Of a stretch of 64,000 bases of DNA, positions 26,821 to 36,934 are shown one piece after another. Positions within the stretch are counted from its first letter, which is position 1. Each line of letters begins with the position of its first letter. Both the position numbers and the translations under genes were made by a program. The stretch is from positions 4,975-68,974 of the forward strand of contig CAZLEX010000003.1 in the NCBI GenBank assembly GCA_964558655.1, read 5' to 3'. Source of the DNA: an uncultured Oscillospiraceae bacterium (lineage in GTDB: Bacteria; Bacillota; Clostridia; Oscillospirales; SIG627). The notes beneath the pieces are model-generated. The model was not told the origin of the DNA. It worked only from the letters and a program-made list of their open reading frames with translations, and did no database searches.

Positions 26821-27522
26821 TTACTTGTTTATTATATACCCCAATCCCCGCTTGGTAGCGATAAGGCTCTCTTCGCCGGGATCGTCTATTTTCTGCCTGA
26901 GTCTTGCGACGGTTACATCTACGGTACGCTGGTCGCCGTATGTCGGATCGTATCCCCAAACCGCACTTATCAGTTCGTCACGGCTGTACACCTTGCCAGC
27001 ATTTTTGGCAAGAAATGAGAGAAGCTCGTATTCCTTTTTGGAAAGTTCGATTTCCCTATCTCCTTTTTTGACAAGATAACTTTCAAAGTCGATAAACAGA
27101 TTTTTTATTCTCATCGTGCCGTCGGCGATTTTGTTTGTCACAAGTTCGTTGGAATATCTCCTGATATTAGCCTTTATTCTCGACATGAGCTCGTTTATGC
27201 TGAAAGGCTTCGTCATGTAGTCGTCGGCTCCTATTTCAAGACCGTTTATTTTGTCACGCTCTTCGTCCCGTGCGGTCAGAATTATTATCGGAACATCAAG
27301 CTTTTCCCTAACTTTTCTGCACACTTCGAATCCGTCTATAACGGGGAGCATGAGGTCGAGCAGTATCAGGTCGTATTCTCCGGAAAGCGCTTCTTCAAGC
27401 CCCGCTTTTCCGTCGTGAACCGAGCGGGCGGTGTATCCCGCCGCTTCTATGTTGTAGTGAAGTATCTCGGCAATCATTTTTTCGTCCTCGACAATGAGGA
27501 CTTTTTTGTTTTTCGTATCCAA
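26821..27522 (-). CDS. walR: OmpR-family response regulator, WalR-like
   Basis: KVLIVEDE, DLILLDLMLP, and a C-terminal winged helix RTVDVTVARLRQKI. Start set to TTG 27522, 8 nt after AAGGAGA; the track ATG at 27561 would overlap the upstream gene. Confidence 0.75.
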   Translation of the reverse strand: MDTKNKKVLIVEDEKMIAEILHYNIEAAGYTARSVHDGKAGLEEALSGEYDLILLDLMLPVIDGFEVCRKVREKLDVPIIILTARDEERDKINGLEIGADDYMTKPFSINELMSRIKANIRRYSNELVTNKIADGTMRIKNLFIDFESYLVKKGDREIELSKKEYELLSFLAKNAGKVYSRDELISAVWGYDPTYGDQRTVDVTVARLRQKIDDPGEESLIATKRGLGYIINK

Positions 27523-27538
27523 AATTTTTTCTCCTTTT

Positions 27539-28645
27539 TTATGAAAGCGTGCCTGAAACACCGGGATTTATTACGGCGAGTTTTATCCTCTTGTCGTTGG
27601 AAAACAGCCCCAAAAGGTGCAAAATCAGATTGTTGTTTTCTTCCGTTGCGCTTACCTTTACGGAAACACGCTCATGCGTGAGAGAGGCTGCGTAAATTTC
27701 GTTTGCTCTCTCGCTGTCCCGTCCCTCTGTTTTATCGGCATCGAGTATTGCCGTCCAAACGGTGAACCCCGCATTTTCAAGCTCTTCGGCGTTGCCGTCG
27801 GCAAGGCATGTTTCAGACAGCCCGTTTGTGAGAAGATAAAGCACATTTTGCGTTTCCTTCGCATCTTCGGCGGTTTTGTTGCCGCTTGCCGAAATTCCCA
27901 CGGCGTTACCGCATATGAGTGCGTGGTATATTTCTTTCGGCTTTTGTGCAACGGTGGCAGCGTCAAAAAACAGAGTTGCCTTTTCTCCGAAAGCTTCAAG
28001 CGTGTTTATAATGTCACGGGTATAGTTTGCGTCCTTTATGTCAAGCAGGAGATATACGGTTGTCTGAGCGGTGCTTGACGGTACCGAAGGATCTGTTATG
28101 GGCGGAGTATCGGGAATATCGGGGTTGTCGGGAGACACGGGATTTAGCCGTCCCGCCGGATCGAAAAGCTCTATAAGCTCTATAAAATCCAGCGAGTGCG
28201 TCAAATCGGTGAGCCTCTTGTGTATGACACCCTCTTCTTCGTATGTCTCGATCTTCAAAGAGAGAATGTCGGCACAGTATTCCAAAGGCATATATATCGT
28301 TGAATTGATAACGGGAAAGGTTTCAGATGTATGGTTTCCGTCGAGTATAATTCCGTCACTGCCGAAAGAAAAAGCGAAATAACGGCCGGTTTCGGTGTTC
28401 ATGAAATAAAAGCTCTCGTACTTTTCGCTGTATTCGTAAAGTATGTTTTTAAATCCCAGAAAAAAGCTTGACGGAACATAAAGCTCGTCTCCGATTAACA
28501 TAGGAGGATATTGCGAAAAGGAGAATTTCGTGTCGTTTTTGTAAAGGACATATCTGTCGGTGCCGTCTGCCGAAGTGCCGAAAACGAAGAGAAGAGACGA
28601 TAAGAGCAGAATAAGCGACAGCAATATCGGAACTGTCTTTTTCAT
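27539..28645 (-). CDS. Secreted protein: amine-oxidase-stalk-like N-domain, Pro-rich linker, degenerate polysaccharide-deacetylase-like C-domain
   Basis: Signal peptide MKKTVPILLSLILLLSSLLFVFG and linker PDNPDIPDTPPITDPSVP. The C-domain KATLFFDAATV...GNAVGISA resembles NodB but lacks the DD and H motifs. Confidence 0.4.
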   Translation of the reverse strand: MKKTVPILLSLILLLSSLLFVFGTSADGTDRYVLYKNDTKFSFSQYPPMLIGDELYVPSSFFLGFKNILYEYSEKYESFYFMNTETGRYFAFSFGSDGIILDGNHTSETFPVINSTIYMPLEYCADILSLKIETYEEEGVIHKRLTDLTHSLDFIELIELFDPAGRLNPVSPDNPDIPDTPPITDPSVPSSTAQTTVYLLLDIKDANYTRDIINTLEAFGEKATLFFDAATVAQKPKEIYHALICGNAVGISASGNKTAEDAKETQNVLYLLTNGLSETCLADGNAEELENAGFTVWTAILDADKTEGRDSERANEIYAASLTHERVSVKVSATEENNNLILHLLGLFSNDKRIKLAVINPGVSGTLS

Positions 28646-28657
28646 AAATACCTCCTT

Positions 28658-29761
28658 TTAAAACTTTGAGTTGATATACGATGTGATGAGTATAAGACTT
28701 TGGCTGTAAGACTTCACACCGCTTTCCACACCGTTCGCCTTGAGATAGGTATCGTTTACCGTTTCGGCAATCTCGCTTACGGCCGAATTTGAATATTTCG
28801 AGTAGTGCTGCGAGGAAGAATAATAGTCGTACAGCACGATATCGGGAAGAGTGGGGAGAATTTCGTAATATGCTTCGGGATTGAATTCGTAAAGCTCGTT
28901 GGCAAGGAGGATAAAAGCTTCAGCCCACGCCGAGTAACGCAGGTAGGGGTTTTCCGCCTGAGAAAGTATCAGGAACGCCGAAAAATCCGCCTCGTCTTCG
29001 GGAGCTATTCCGCGCTGGTGAGAATATTCGTGTGCAACGGTGTAGGGGAGAGTGTAGTTTGCGTAATTTGTGTTGATACAGGGCTCACCCGTGAAAAAAG
29101 TGTATATCCCCGCAATGTGAGTGTAGGTGAGAGGGACGCTGAGGGCAAGCGGTTTTGCCCGAACTCCCGTTTTTTGATAAAAGCCGTATTTTTCGGCGGT
29201 ACGGTTTACCTCCTTTTCCACTTCTTCAAAAAGAGCCGAGAGGTTCATGTTCGGGTCGGAGGTTCCGGTTAAATCGGAGGAGGAAACGAATTCCGCCACC
29301 GCCGCAAGTTCCTCTGCCGCCCGCCGTGTCGCCTGCTCAATATCATATTCCGTAATTGCAGTTTCGATTTCGAGATGACGGTAAATCGGCACTCTGTGGT
29401 AGGACGCCGAAAAAGTTACGGTAAATAAGGCTATTACAACAACGGTACACTTGAGCACAAAAGAAAGAAATTTTTTTAAGCTGAAAGCTCTGAGAAAATT
29501 TTTGAAAAAAAGTTTTAAAACCGATATCACCGCCACCGCCGAAACGAGAACGGCGGCAAAAATGACAAGCGTTTCGGAAAGTGCGAACGGAAAGAGGTTT
29601 GCGGGAAGAAAAATCAGTTTGAATACGGGAGATATATACATGCAGAAAAATTCCGCAAACCGTTCCGATAAGCGAAAAAGCACTTCGAGTATACATGAGG
29701 AAACAAGAATCAGAAAAAATATAAAATTCGATTTCTTTTCAAAAAATTTTAAAACAGACAT
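28658..29761 (-). CDS. DUF3810-like membrane metallopeptidase-like protein
   Basis: Start moved to MSVLKFFEKK (29761). N-terminal TM segments and an HExxH motif in TVAHEYSHQRGIAPEDEADF. Confidence 0.6.
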   Translation of the reverse strand: MSVLKFFEKKSNFIFFLILVSSCILEVLFRLSERFAEFFCMYISPVFKLIFLPANLFPFALSETLVIFAAVLVSAVAVISVLKLFFKNFLRAFSLKKFLSFVLKCTVVVIALFTVTFSASYHRVPIYRHLEIETAITEYDIEQATRRAAEELAAVAEFVSSSDLTGTSDPNMNLSALFEEVEKEVNRTAEKYGFYQKTGVRAKPLALSVPLTYTHIAGIYTFFTGEPCINTNYANYTLPYTVAHEYSHQRGIAPEDEADFSAFLILSQAENPYLRYSAWAEAFILLANELYEFNPEAYYEILPTLPDIVLYDYYSSSQHYSKYSNSAVSEIAETVNDTYLKANGVESGVKSYSQSLILITSYINSKF

Positions 29762-30642
29762 ATTTGTTCTCCGAAAAGCCGCTTTATGCACATTTCCATG
29801 TCTTCCGGAAGAGGACAGGTGACACAAACGCTTTCTTTGGTAAAAGGGTGTATAAATTCAACTCCCATCGCATGAAGTGCCTGACGGTCAATGTATTCGC
29901 TGTGCAGGGAGTAGAGAGTGTCGCTTAAGATAGGGTGGTTCAGAGCTTTCATGTGAACTCTGAGCTGATGGGTTCTTCCCGTTACGGGAGATAGGGAAAC
30001 AAGACTCGCCGCATCCGACGATTTCAAAACCTTGTATTCGGTGAGAGCTTCTTCTCCCCTGTGGCAGACAGTTCTTATTATGTTTCGCGGATCGGGACGG
30101 GTTATGGGGTAGGAAACCGTTCCCTCACCGTCTATTTTTCCGAGACATACGGCAATATATTCTTTTTTTACCTGTCTGTTTATGAGAAGCTTTGAAAATT
30201 CGTTTGCCGCAAGCTGATTTTTTGCGACTATTACGGCACCGCTGGTGTCGGTATCAAGGCGGGTAAGCGAACGGAAAACAAAAGTGCGGTCACGGTAAAG
30301 GTAAAGAACCCTTGAGGCAAGCGTGTCTCCCCGATGATTTCTCGATGGGTGTGTCGGAATACCAGCGGGCTTGGCAAAAGCCGCATACCATTCGTCCTCC
30401 CAGAGAAGCTCTGCGGGAGCGTTAAAGGGCAGAATGTTTTCGCTGCTTTTTCTGTCATCGGTGTTAAGAGTGAGGATATCGCCTTTTTTCAGTATGAATC
30501 TTACCGTTACTTTTTTACCGTTGACACATATGCCGTCATCGTAAGATTTAAGCCGCGTGAGCAGACGGGCGGATATTTTAAGCGATTTTATAACATCTTT
30601 GACGGTTTTTCCGTCAAGGGAGGAGTCAGTTTCGATTGTCAT
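29749..30642 (-). CDS. RluA-family pseudouridine synthase with S4 domain
   Basis: Catalytic motif RLDTDTSGAVIVAKN, an S4-like N-terminus, and HQLRVH. Confidence 0.85.
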   Translation of the reverse strand: MTIETDSSLDGKTVKDVIKSLKISARLLTRLKSYDDGICVNGKKVTVRFILKKGDILTLNTDDRKSSENILPFNAPAELLWEDEWYAAFAKPAGIPTHPSRNHRGDTLASRVLYLYRDRTFVFRSLTRLDTDTSGAVIVAKNQLAANEFSKLLINRQVKKEYIAVCLGKIDGEGTVSYPITRPDPRNIIRTVCHRGEEALTEYKVLKSSDAASLVSLSPVTGRTHQLRVHMKALNHPILSDTLYSLHSEYIDRQALHAMGVEFIHPFTKESVCVTCPLPEDMEMCIKRLFGEQICLF

Positions 30643-30753
30643 TTTTTACCGTTCGTTCCGAATAAGCCTTTCATTTTTTCATATATGTATATTTTACTAT
30701 ATACTGTCAAGTTTTTCAAGTGCTATTTTTTGTAATTTTTTACTCCGTAAGTG

Positions 30754-30782
30754 TTGATTTTGAGTTGTAAATGTGATATAGT
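30754..30782 (+). promoter_or_regulatory. Candidate promoter TTGATT-17 nt-TGaTATAGT
   Basis: Hexamers read directly in the AT-rich divergent intergenic region. Confidence 0.4.
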
Positions 30783-30828
30783 AATATAATAATTGTAATT
30801 ACAGTATTTGTTTGCTATTGGGAGAATT

Positions 30829-31695
30829 ATGTGGATATCTGAAAAACTTACCGATTATGAACTTTTGGATACATCTGACGGCGCAAGGCTGGAAAGATGG
30901 GGAAAATACATACTTTCGCGTCCGGACCCTCAGGTTATTTGGAAAGGCGTGAGGAAAAGCGAAGAATGGAAAAAAGTCGATGCCGTATATCACCGCTCGG
31001 ACAGAGGCGGCGGCTCATGGGAGATAAGAAACCGCTCCATGCCTGATGCATGGACCGTTTCGACGAACGGTCTCGTACTCGGCGTGCGTACAATGGGATT
31101 TAAACACACGGGTGTTTTTCCCGAACAGGCGGTCAATTGGGAATGGGCAAGCGAACTTATCCGCAATGCCTCCCGACCGATAAAAGTGCTTAACCTTTTT
31201 GCCTATACGGGAGGTGCGACAATGGCGTGTGCTGCGGCGGGGGCTTCCGTCTGTCATGTTGACGCTTCTCGCGGAATGGTTTTGCAGGCGAAGGAGAACG
31301 CAAAGTTTTCTGGACTTGAAAATTCTCCGATAAGATACATCGTTGACGACTGTGCCAAATTTCTCACACGGGAGATAAAGCGGGGCAATTTTTACGACGC
31401 GGTTATTCTCGACCCTCCGTCATACGGAAGAGGTCCTTCGGGAGAAATATGGAAAATCGAAGACTGCATAGGCGAACTTCTTGACCTCTGCCGTCGGGTG
31501 CTTTCCGATAAGCCGCTTTTCGTTCTGCTCAATTCTTACACGACGGGGCTCGCTCCTTCGACAATGGCGTATTTGCTTCACTTGAAAATCGCTTCGGTGT
31601 TGGGCGGAAAGATAGATTTTGACGAAATAGGACTGACGACTCTGTCAACCGGAAAGGCTCTCGGATGCGGAGCAAGTGCGAGGTGGACGGTATGA
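30829..31695 (+). CDS. Class I SAM-dependent (rRNA large-subunit-type) methyltransferase
   Basis: VLNLFAYTGGATMACAAAGA (motif I) and AVILDPPSYGRG (motif IV). ATG at 30829 follows GGGAGA. Confidence 0.75.
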   Translation: MWISEKLTDYELLDTSDGARLERWGKYILSRPDPQVIWKGVRKSEEWKKVDAVYHRSDRGGGSWEIRNRSMPDAWTVSTNGLVLGVRTMGFKHTGVFPEQAVNWEWASELIRNASRPIKVLNLFAYTGGATMACAAAGASVCHVDASRGMVLQAKENAKFSGLENSPIRYIVDDCAKFLTREIKRGNFYDAVILDPPSYGRGPSGEIWKIEDCIGELLDLCRRVLSDKPLFVLLNSYTTGLAPSTMAYLLHLKIASVLGGKIDFDEIGLTTLSTGKALGCGASARWTV

Positions 31696-32543
31696 GCGAG
31701 ATGATAAAATTCGAGAATGTTTATTTCGATTACGGAGAAGACGGTTCTGTCTCACGGGAAGGTGCGGTTTTAAAAAACACCTGTCTTTCGATTGAAAAAG
31801 GCAGTTTTGTCGCACTGCTCGGTCATAACGGATCGGGAAAATCGACAATGGCAAAGCTCATGAACGGCGTCCTCGTGCCTAAATCGGGGAAGGTAACGGT
31901 CTGCGGGTTTGATACCGCCGATGACGAAAACATATGGGAAATACGCCGTCGGGTAGGAATGGTATTCCAAAATCCCGACAACCAGATTGTTGCGACAACC
32001 GTCGAAGAAGATGTTGCGTTCGGTCCCGAAAATCTCGGGATTGAACCCGAAGAAATACGCCGTCGGGTAGACGAGGCACTCGAAAGTGTGCATATGACGG
32101 AATTTAAGCTCCATTCTCCATCCCAGCTTTCCGGCGGACAGAAGCAGAGGGTGGCAATTGCCGGAATTTTGGCAATGAAGCCGGAGTGCATTATTTTCGA
32201 TGAGTCCACCGCCATGCTCGATCCTCAGGGCAGACAGGAAGTCATGGAGGAGATTTTAAAGCTGAAAGAGCAGGGAATGACGGTCATTCTCATAACCCAT
32301 TACATGAACGAAGCGGTTTTTGCCGACAGAGTCGTCGTGGTTAACGACGGAGAGACGGTAATGGACTCCGCACCCGCAAAGGTCTTTTGCGAGGTGGAAA
32401 AACTTCGCGGTCTCGGGCTTGATGTCCCGCAGGTTACCCATCTTGCACACCTTCTTTCAAATGACGGGTACAGCTTGCGGCGTGATATACTTTTTGAAGA
32501 TGAAGCTTACGATGAACTTTCGCACTTGTTGCAAAAGAGGTGA
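31692..32543 (+). CDS. ecfA1: ECF transporter ATPase subunit A1
   Basis: GHNGSGKST, LSGGQKQRVAIAG and IIFDESTAMLD. Conserved ecfA-ecfA-ecfT-truA order. Confidence 0.9.
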   Translation: MSEMIKFENVYFDYGEDGSVSREGAVLKNTCLSIEKGSFVALLGHNGSGKSTMAKLMNGVLVPKSGKVTVCGFDTADDENIWEIRRRVGMVFQNPDNQIVATTVEEDVAFGPENLGIEPEEIRRRVDEALESVHMTEFKLHSPSQLSGGQKQRVAIAGILAMKPECIIFDESTAMLDPQGRQEVMEEILKLKEQGMTVILITHYMNEAVFADRVVVVNDGETVMDSAPAKVFCEVEKLRGLGLDVPQVTHLAHLLSNDGYSLRRDILFEDEAYDELSHLLQKR

Positions 32544-32547
32544 AAAA

Positions 32548-33411
32548 TTGGGAATTATAAAACTTGAAAAGGTTTCTTATGTGTACAGTCCTTCGACACC
32601 TTTTGAGAAGGAGGCACTGCACAATGTAGATATAGAGTTCCGAGAGGGAGCCGTGACCGGCATAATCGGGCATACGGGATCGGGTAAATCCACAGTAGCT
32701 CAATTGCTCAACGGATTGCTCAAGCCCACATCGGGCAGAGTTCTGCTTGACGGGCGGGATATTTTCGAGGACGCAAAAAAAGTGTCGGATATTCGCTTCC
32801 GGGTGGGACTTGTGTTTCAGTACCCGGAATACCAGCTTTTCGAGGAAAGCGTCTATCGGGATATCGCATTCGGCCCTACCAATATGGGACTGGACGAAGA
32901 GGAAATAAAAAGGCGTGTTTACGATGCGGCAAGGTTTGCCGGAATCGGAAAAGACCTGCTTGAAAAATCTCCGTTTGAATTGTCGGGCGGTCAGAGACGC
33001 CGTGCGGCAATTGCGGGAGTTATGGCAATGGAACCCGAAATAATCGTTTTGGACGAACCTGCGGCGGGACTTGATCCGCGTGGCAGAGATGAAATTCTGA
33101 CGGGAATAAGGCGGTACAGGGAAGAGAAAAACAACACAGTTATTCTCATTTCTCACAGCATGGAGGATATGGCACTCTATTCCGACAGGCTTGTCGTAAT
33201 GGCGGGAGGAGAGGTGCTTACCGAAGGAAGTGTCGACGAAGTTTTCGGAAAATCCTCACTAATAGAAAAATCGGGTTTAAAACTGCCTCAGATTACCTCT
33301 GTCGCCGACAGGCTCCGCAATGACGGATATCCGCTTTCAAGCGGGATTTATACCGTTGAAAAAGCTCATTCGGAAATTCTGTCTCTCCTGAAAGGAGACA
33401 AAAGATGTTAA
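32548..33411 (+). CDS. ecfA2: ECF transporter ATPase subunit A2
   Basis: TTG start follows AGAGGTGA. GHTGSGKST, LSGGQRRRAAIAG and IVLDEPAAGLD. Confidence 0.9.
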   Translation: MGIIKLEKVSYVYSPSTPFEKEALHNVDIEFREGAVTGIIGHTGSGKSTVAQLLNGLLKPTSGRVLLDGRDIFEDAKKVSDIRFRVGLVFQYPEYQLFEESVYRDIAFGPTNMGLDEEEIKRRVYDAARFAGIGKDLLEKSPFELSGGQRRRAAIAGVMAMEPEIIVLDEPAAGLDPRGRDEILTGIRRYREEKNNTVILISHSMEDMALYSDRLVVMAGGEVLTEGSVDEVFGKSSLIEKSGLKLPQITSVADRLRNDGYPLSSGIYTVEKAHSEILSLLKGDKRC

Positions 33412-34235
33412 AAGATATTACTTTAGGGCAGTTTTTTCCGGGAAACTCAATTCTCCATAAAACAGATCCGCGAATAAAGCTTGTCTTAACCGTGCTGTTT
33501 ATAGTATCGGTATTTTCGGCGAAAAATATTTTTTCTTTCGCACTGCTCATTGCGGGCATCGCGGTTTTGATACTGCTGTCCGGAATATCCGTGAAAGTTA
33601 TTCTGAGAGGCATACGCCCCGTCCTGTTTTTAATGCTGTTTACGGCAATTGTGAATTTGTTTTGGACAAAGGGTGAGGGAGATCCGCTCATATCTTTCGG
33701 ATTTATCAAAATCTGGGAAATAGGAATAGTGAATGCGGCGTTTATGGTAGTTCGCATAGTTTCGCTCATAGCGGGTACTTCGCTCCTTTTGACTTATACC
33801 ACATCTCCCATAGCACTTACCGACGCTCTTGAGAGAATTTTGAAACCTCTCGGATATCTTCATGTTCCCGTTCACGATTTCGCAATGATGATGACGATAG
33901 CCCTTCGGTTTATCCCCACTCTTCTGGAGGAGACCGACAAGATTATAAATGCACAGAAGGCAAGAGGAGCGGGCTTCGATAAAGGAAACCTCATTGACAA
34001 AGTCAAAGCTTTTGTGCCTATACTCATACCGCTTTTTATTTCGGCATTCAGGCGTGCCGACGATTTGGCATGTGCTATGGAATGTCGCTGTTACAGAGGC
34101 GGAGAGGGCAGAACGAGAATGAAAGTTTTGCATATACGCTTTTCCGATATTCTGATTTGCACGGTGTTTGTTCTGTTTGCCGCCGCACTGTTCTTCCTGA
34201 ATACTTTCGATACTTCGATAACACTTTTGAGGTGA
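33405..34235 (+). CDS. ecfT: ECF transporter transmembrane subunit T
   Basis: 276 aa, polytopic, with DPRIKL near the N-terminus and an ARG-type coupling helix (QKARGAGF). Overlaps the ecfA2 stop. Confidence 0.85.
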   Translation: MLKDITLGQFFPGNSILHKTDPRIKLVLTVLFIVSVFSAKNIFSFALLIAGIAVLILLSGISVKVILRGIRPVLFLMLFTAIVNLFWTKGEGDPLISFGFIKIWEIGIVNAAFMVVRIVSLIAGTSLLLTYTTSPIALTDALERILKPLGYLHVPVHDFAMMMTIALRFIPTLLEETDKIINAQKARGAGFDKGNLIDKVKAFVPILIPLFISAFRRADDLACAMECRCYRGGEGRTRMKVLHIRFSDILICTVFVLFAAALFFLNTFDTSITLLR

Positions 34236-34237
34236 GC

Positions 34238-34969
34238 ATGAAATATAAGCTTACGGTTGCATACGACGGTTCTTTCTTTTCGGGGTGGCAGGTACAGAAA
34301 AACGCCGTTACCGTACAGGGAGAGATGACACGCTGTGTCCGGCGTATTTTCGGAGACGGTGCGAGCGTTACCGGTTCAAGCCGAACCGACAGCGGAGTTC
34401 ACGCTCTCGGGTTTGTGTGTCATATAACGGCTGAAGGTAGTACGCTTTCCCCGCAAAATACGGCACAGGCTCTGAATTCTCTGCTTCCGCCGCATATTTT
34501 CGTCATTTCCTGCGAGGAGGCTGACGAGAATTTTCATGCAAGATACAGTGCCGTTTCCAAAGAATACAGATACTTGATTTGCGACGGCGGAATACGGGAT
34601 CCGTTTCTGTATAACAGGGCATGGTTTTATCCCCGTCGTCTCGACGAAGAAAAGATGAACGAGGCGTCAAAGGATTTTTTGGGGACTTTTGACTTTAGGT
34701 CGTTTATGGCACAGGGGTCGAAAGTTACCGACACGCACCGAACGGTGTATTCGGCTCAGGTGATACGCCGTGACGGAAAGATTGAGTTTTCCGTTTGCGC
34801 AAACGGATTTCTTTACAACATGGTAAGAATAATGACGGGGACGCTGGTAGATATAAGCTGCGGAAAAATAAACGAATCCGTTCGTGATATCATTGCCTGC
34901 AAATCCCGATCCCACGCGGGTATTACGGCTCCTGCTCAGGGGTTGTATCTTTACCGTGTAAATTATTGA
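34238..34969 (+). CDS. truA: tRNA pseudouridine(38-40) synthase
   Basis: MKYKLTVAYDGSFFSGWQVQ, catalytic SSRTDSGVHA, and FLYNMVRIM. Confidence 0.9.
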   Translation: MKYKLTVAYDGSFFSGWQVQKNAVTVQGEMTRCVRRIFGDGASVTGSSRTDSGVHALGFVCHITAEGSTLSPQNTAQALNSLLPPHIFVISCEEADENFHARYSAVSKEYRYLICDGGIRDPFLYNRAWFYPRRLDEEKMNEASKDFLGTFDFRSFMAQGSKVTDTHRTVYSAQVIRRDGKIEFSVCANGFLYNMVRIMTGTLVDISCGKINESVRDIIACKSRSHAGITAPAQGLYLYRVNY

Positions 34970-34983
34970 AAACAGGAGGCTTT

Positions 34984-36183
34984 ATGGAAAAAAAAGAAGA
35001 AAAAGAAGAAAAAGTTTTTTCTCCGAACGCTTTTGACCGTAAAGCGTCTTTAATAAAAAAAATAAAATATGCCGTAGCTTTGTTGCTTGTTTTTGATTTT
35101 CTGTTTTTCTTTTTGGGTTATCGCAATGACATAACCGTCGAAAATATTCGCTATCTTTTAAAATATGTGAATATTTCTCCGTCCGTAATCGGTTCGGAAA
35201 ATGCCCGTGTAATCCCGATTGAAAGCACTGACGGAGTGCAAACGGCAATTTTTCGGCAGGAACTCGTCGTCGTTACCAAAAATAAGGTTACGACATATGA
35301 CATGAACGCCAAAGAAGGCTTTTCGGATACGGTTTCCCTGTCATCTCCGGCAATTTCCACCGGCAAAAATTTCTTTGCGGTATATGACAGAGGAGATAAT
35401 TACTTTGCTCTGTACAATTCGTTTTCAAAGATATACGAAGAGGTAACTCCCTATCCCGTCTGGGATATAATAATTTCCGACAGCGGAGAATACTCCGTTA
35501 TAACCGCCGAGAAGGGATACCGCAGTGCTCTTCGGGTATATAACACAAATTTTGAAAATAAAATGAACTATCTTACCTCCGACAAGTATATAATATGTTC
35601 CGATACGCACAGCGGTAAAGATGTTTTTTATATTGTCGGGTGTCTGAAAAACAGTGAGGACGGGGATTTTCTCTCTTCCGCCGTTATCTTGAAAGACGGA
35701 TCTGAAGATGTTTATCTGACGGTGGAATTTCCGTCGGAAATGATACTTAACGCTAAATTCTTCGACAACGGAAACATGTGCGTCCTTACGGATAAATCGG
35801 TGAGGGTACTCGATTTGGCGGGCGGAGAACTTTCAAAAACTTCTTTTTCTTCGGACAGTCTGAAAATGTTTGATGCGGGTACGGATTACTGTGTGCTTAT
35901 ACTCAACGAAAATTCAATCGGCACAAAGCACAGAATGATAATTATTGACGATCGCGGGAATACTTTGACGGATACAGTTATCGATTCTTCGGTGGACGAT
36001 ATTTCAGCCGGAGACAGAGAGGTGCTTATTTTGGGTTCTTCATCCATTATATCTTTTAAACTTGACGATAATACTTTAACGGAACATTCTGCCGATAAGG
36101 GATATACAAAAGTCTTATCGCTCAAAAAGTCCGAAGCGATTTTGATTTACGACGATAACGCTTACATTGTAAGTACGAAATAA
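34984..36183 (+). CDS. Membrane-anchored protein of unknown function (DUF5711-like)
   Basis: ATG follows AGGAGG. Lys/Glu-rich N-terminus, one TM (AVALLLVFDFLFFFLGY), then a repetitive beta-rich ectodomain. Confidence 0.5.
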   Translation: MEKKEEKEEKVFSPNAFDRKASLIKKIKYAVALLLVFDFLFFFLGYRNDITVENIRYLLKYVNISPSVIGSENARVIPIESTDGVQTAIFRQELVVVTKNKVTTYDMNAKEGFSDTVSLSSPAISTGKNFFAVYDRGDNYFALYNSFSKIYEEVTPYPVWDIIISDSGEYSVITAEKGYRSALRVYNTNFENKMNYLTSDKYIICSDTHSGKDVFYIVGCLKNSEDGDFLSSAVILKDGSEDVYLTVEFPSEMILNAKFFDNGNMCVLTDKSVRVLDLAGGELSKTSFSSDSLKMFDAGTDYCVLILNENSIGTKHRMIIIDDRGNTLTDTVIDSSVDDISAGDREVLILGSSSIISFKLDDNTLTEHSADKGYTKVLSLKKSEAILIYDDNAYIVSTK

Positions 36184-36193
36184 CGGAGGTAAT

Positions 36194-36898
36194 ATGACGC
36201 TTTTTATTGATTTAATTCTTATAGGTGTTTTTGTCGGATTTACAGTGGCGGGATACAGAAAAGGATTTGTGAAAATGCTCATATCCTGCTTTAAAAACCT
36301 GGCGGCTTTTCTCATTGCATTTTTTACCGCTCCGAAATTGGGAGAGATAATTGCGAAGATGTCTTTCATGGACAATGTGAGAGTTACCGTTGCCGAAAAA
36401 CTTACGACGCTTTTGGGAACCGACAGTGCGACGGCCGAAGATGTCAAAAGAATTATAAATTCCGAACAGAACGCATTTGCCGAATTTGCCGAAAGAATGG
36501 GCGTTGACACAAACGCCGTGAGTAAGGTTGCCGAAAATGCCGTGGGGAATGTAAACGAAGCGGTGGGAGAATATATTGCCGAGCCGTGTGTTTCGGTTCT
36601 CTCCTGCGTGATTGCGTTCGTGATTGTATTCGTCGTTTCGGTTTTGGCGATAAAACTTGTCGGTGTTGTGCTATCTCTCATTGTCAAGCTCCCCGTTCTT
36701 CACGCTTCAAACAAGATACTCGGTATTGTGACCGGTGCTCTGCTCGGACTTTTCTGGGTGTTTATTATTACGGCTGTCATAAGGACGGCGTCACCGTTTT
36801 TCGCAGACAATATTATGGTTGCGACACTTGAGAGCACAGGAAGCCTTTACAGCAGGATAGCTTCTTTTTCTCCCGATTTTCTTTCAAAGCTTTTGTAA
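36194..36898 (+). CDS. CvpA-family membrane protein
   Basis: N-terminus LFIDLILIGVFVGFTVAGYRKGFVK is typical of CvpA. Four or five TM segments. Confidence 0.6.
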   Translation: MTLFIDLILIGVFVGFTVAGYRKGFVKMLISCFKNLAAFLIAFFTAPKLGEIIAKMSFMDNVRVTVAEKLTTLLGTDSATAEDVKRIINSEQNAFAEFAERMGVDTNAVSKVAENAVGNVNEAVGEYIAEPCVSVLSCVIAFVIVFVVSVLAIKLVGVVLSLIVKLPVLHASNKILGIVTGALLGLFWVFIITAVIRTASPFFADNIMVATLESTGSLYSRIASFSPDFLSKLL

Positions 36899-36934
36899 AA
36901 AAAATATTAAAATCATTTTAATTACGGAGATAGT

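Noticed and set aside
27523-27561. ATG at 27561 as the walR start (MFQARFHKKGEKI...)
   Set aside because: It would overlap the upstream gene by 23 nt and add a non-conserved extension. TTG at 27522 sits 8 nt after AAGGAGA and gives the canonical receiver N-terminus.
32434-33156. 240-aa minus-strand ORF across ecfA2; also 36115-36687, 40109-40834, 43651-44256, 58662-59285, 8665-9285, 9456-10031, 24940-25530 and 21778-22332
   Set aside because: Each is antisense or out of frame relative to a gene with clear family motifs. All are treated as spurious.
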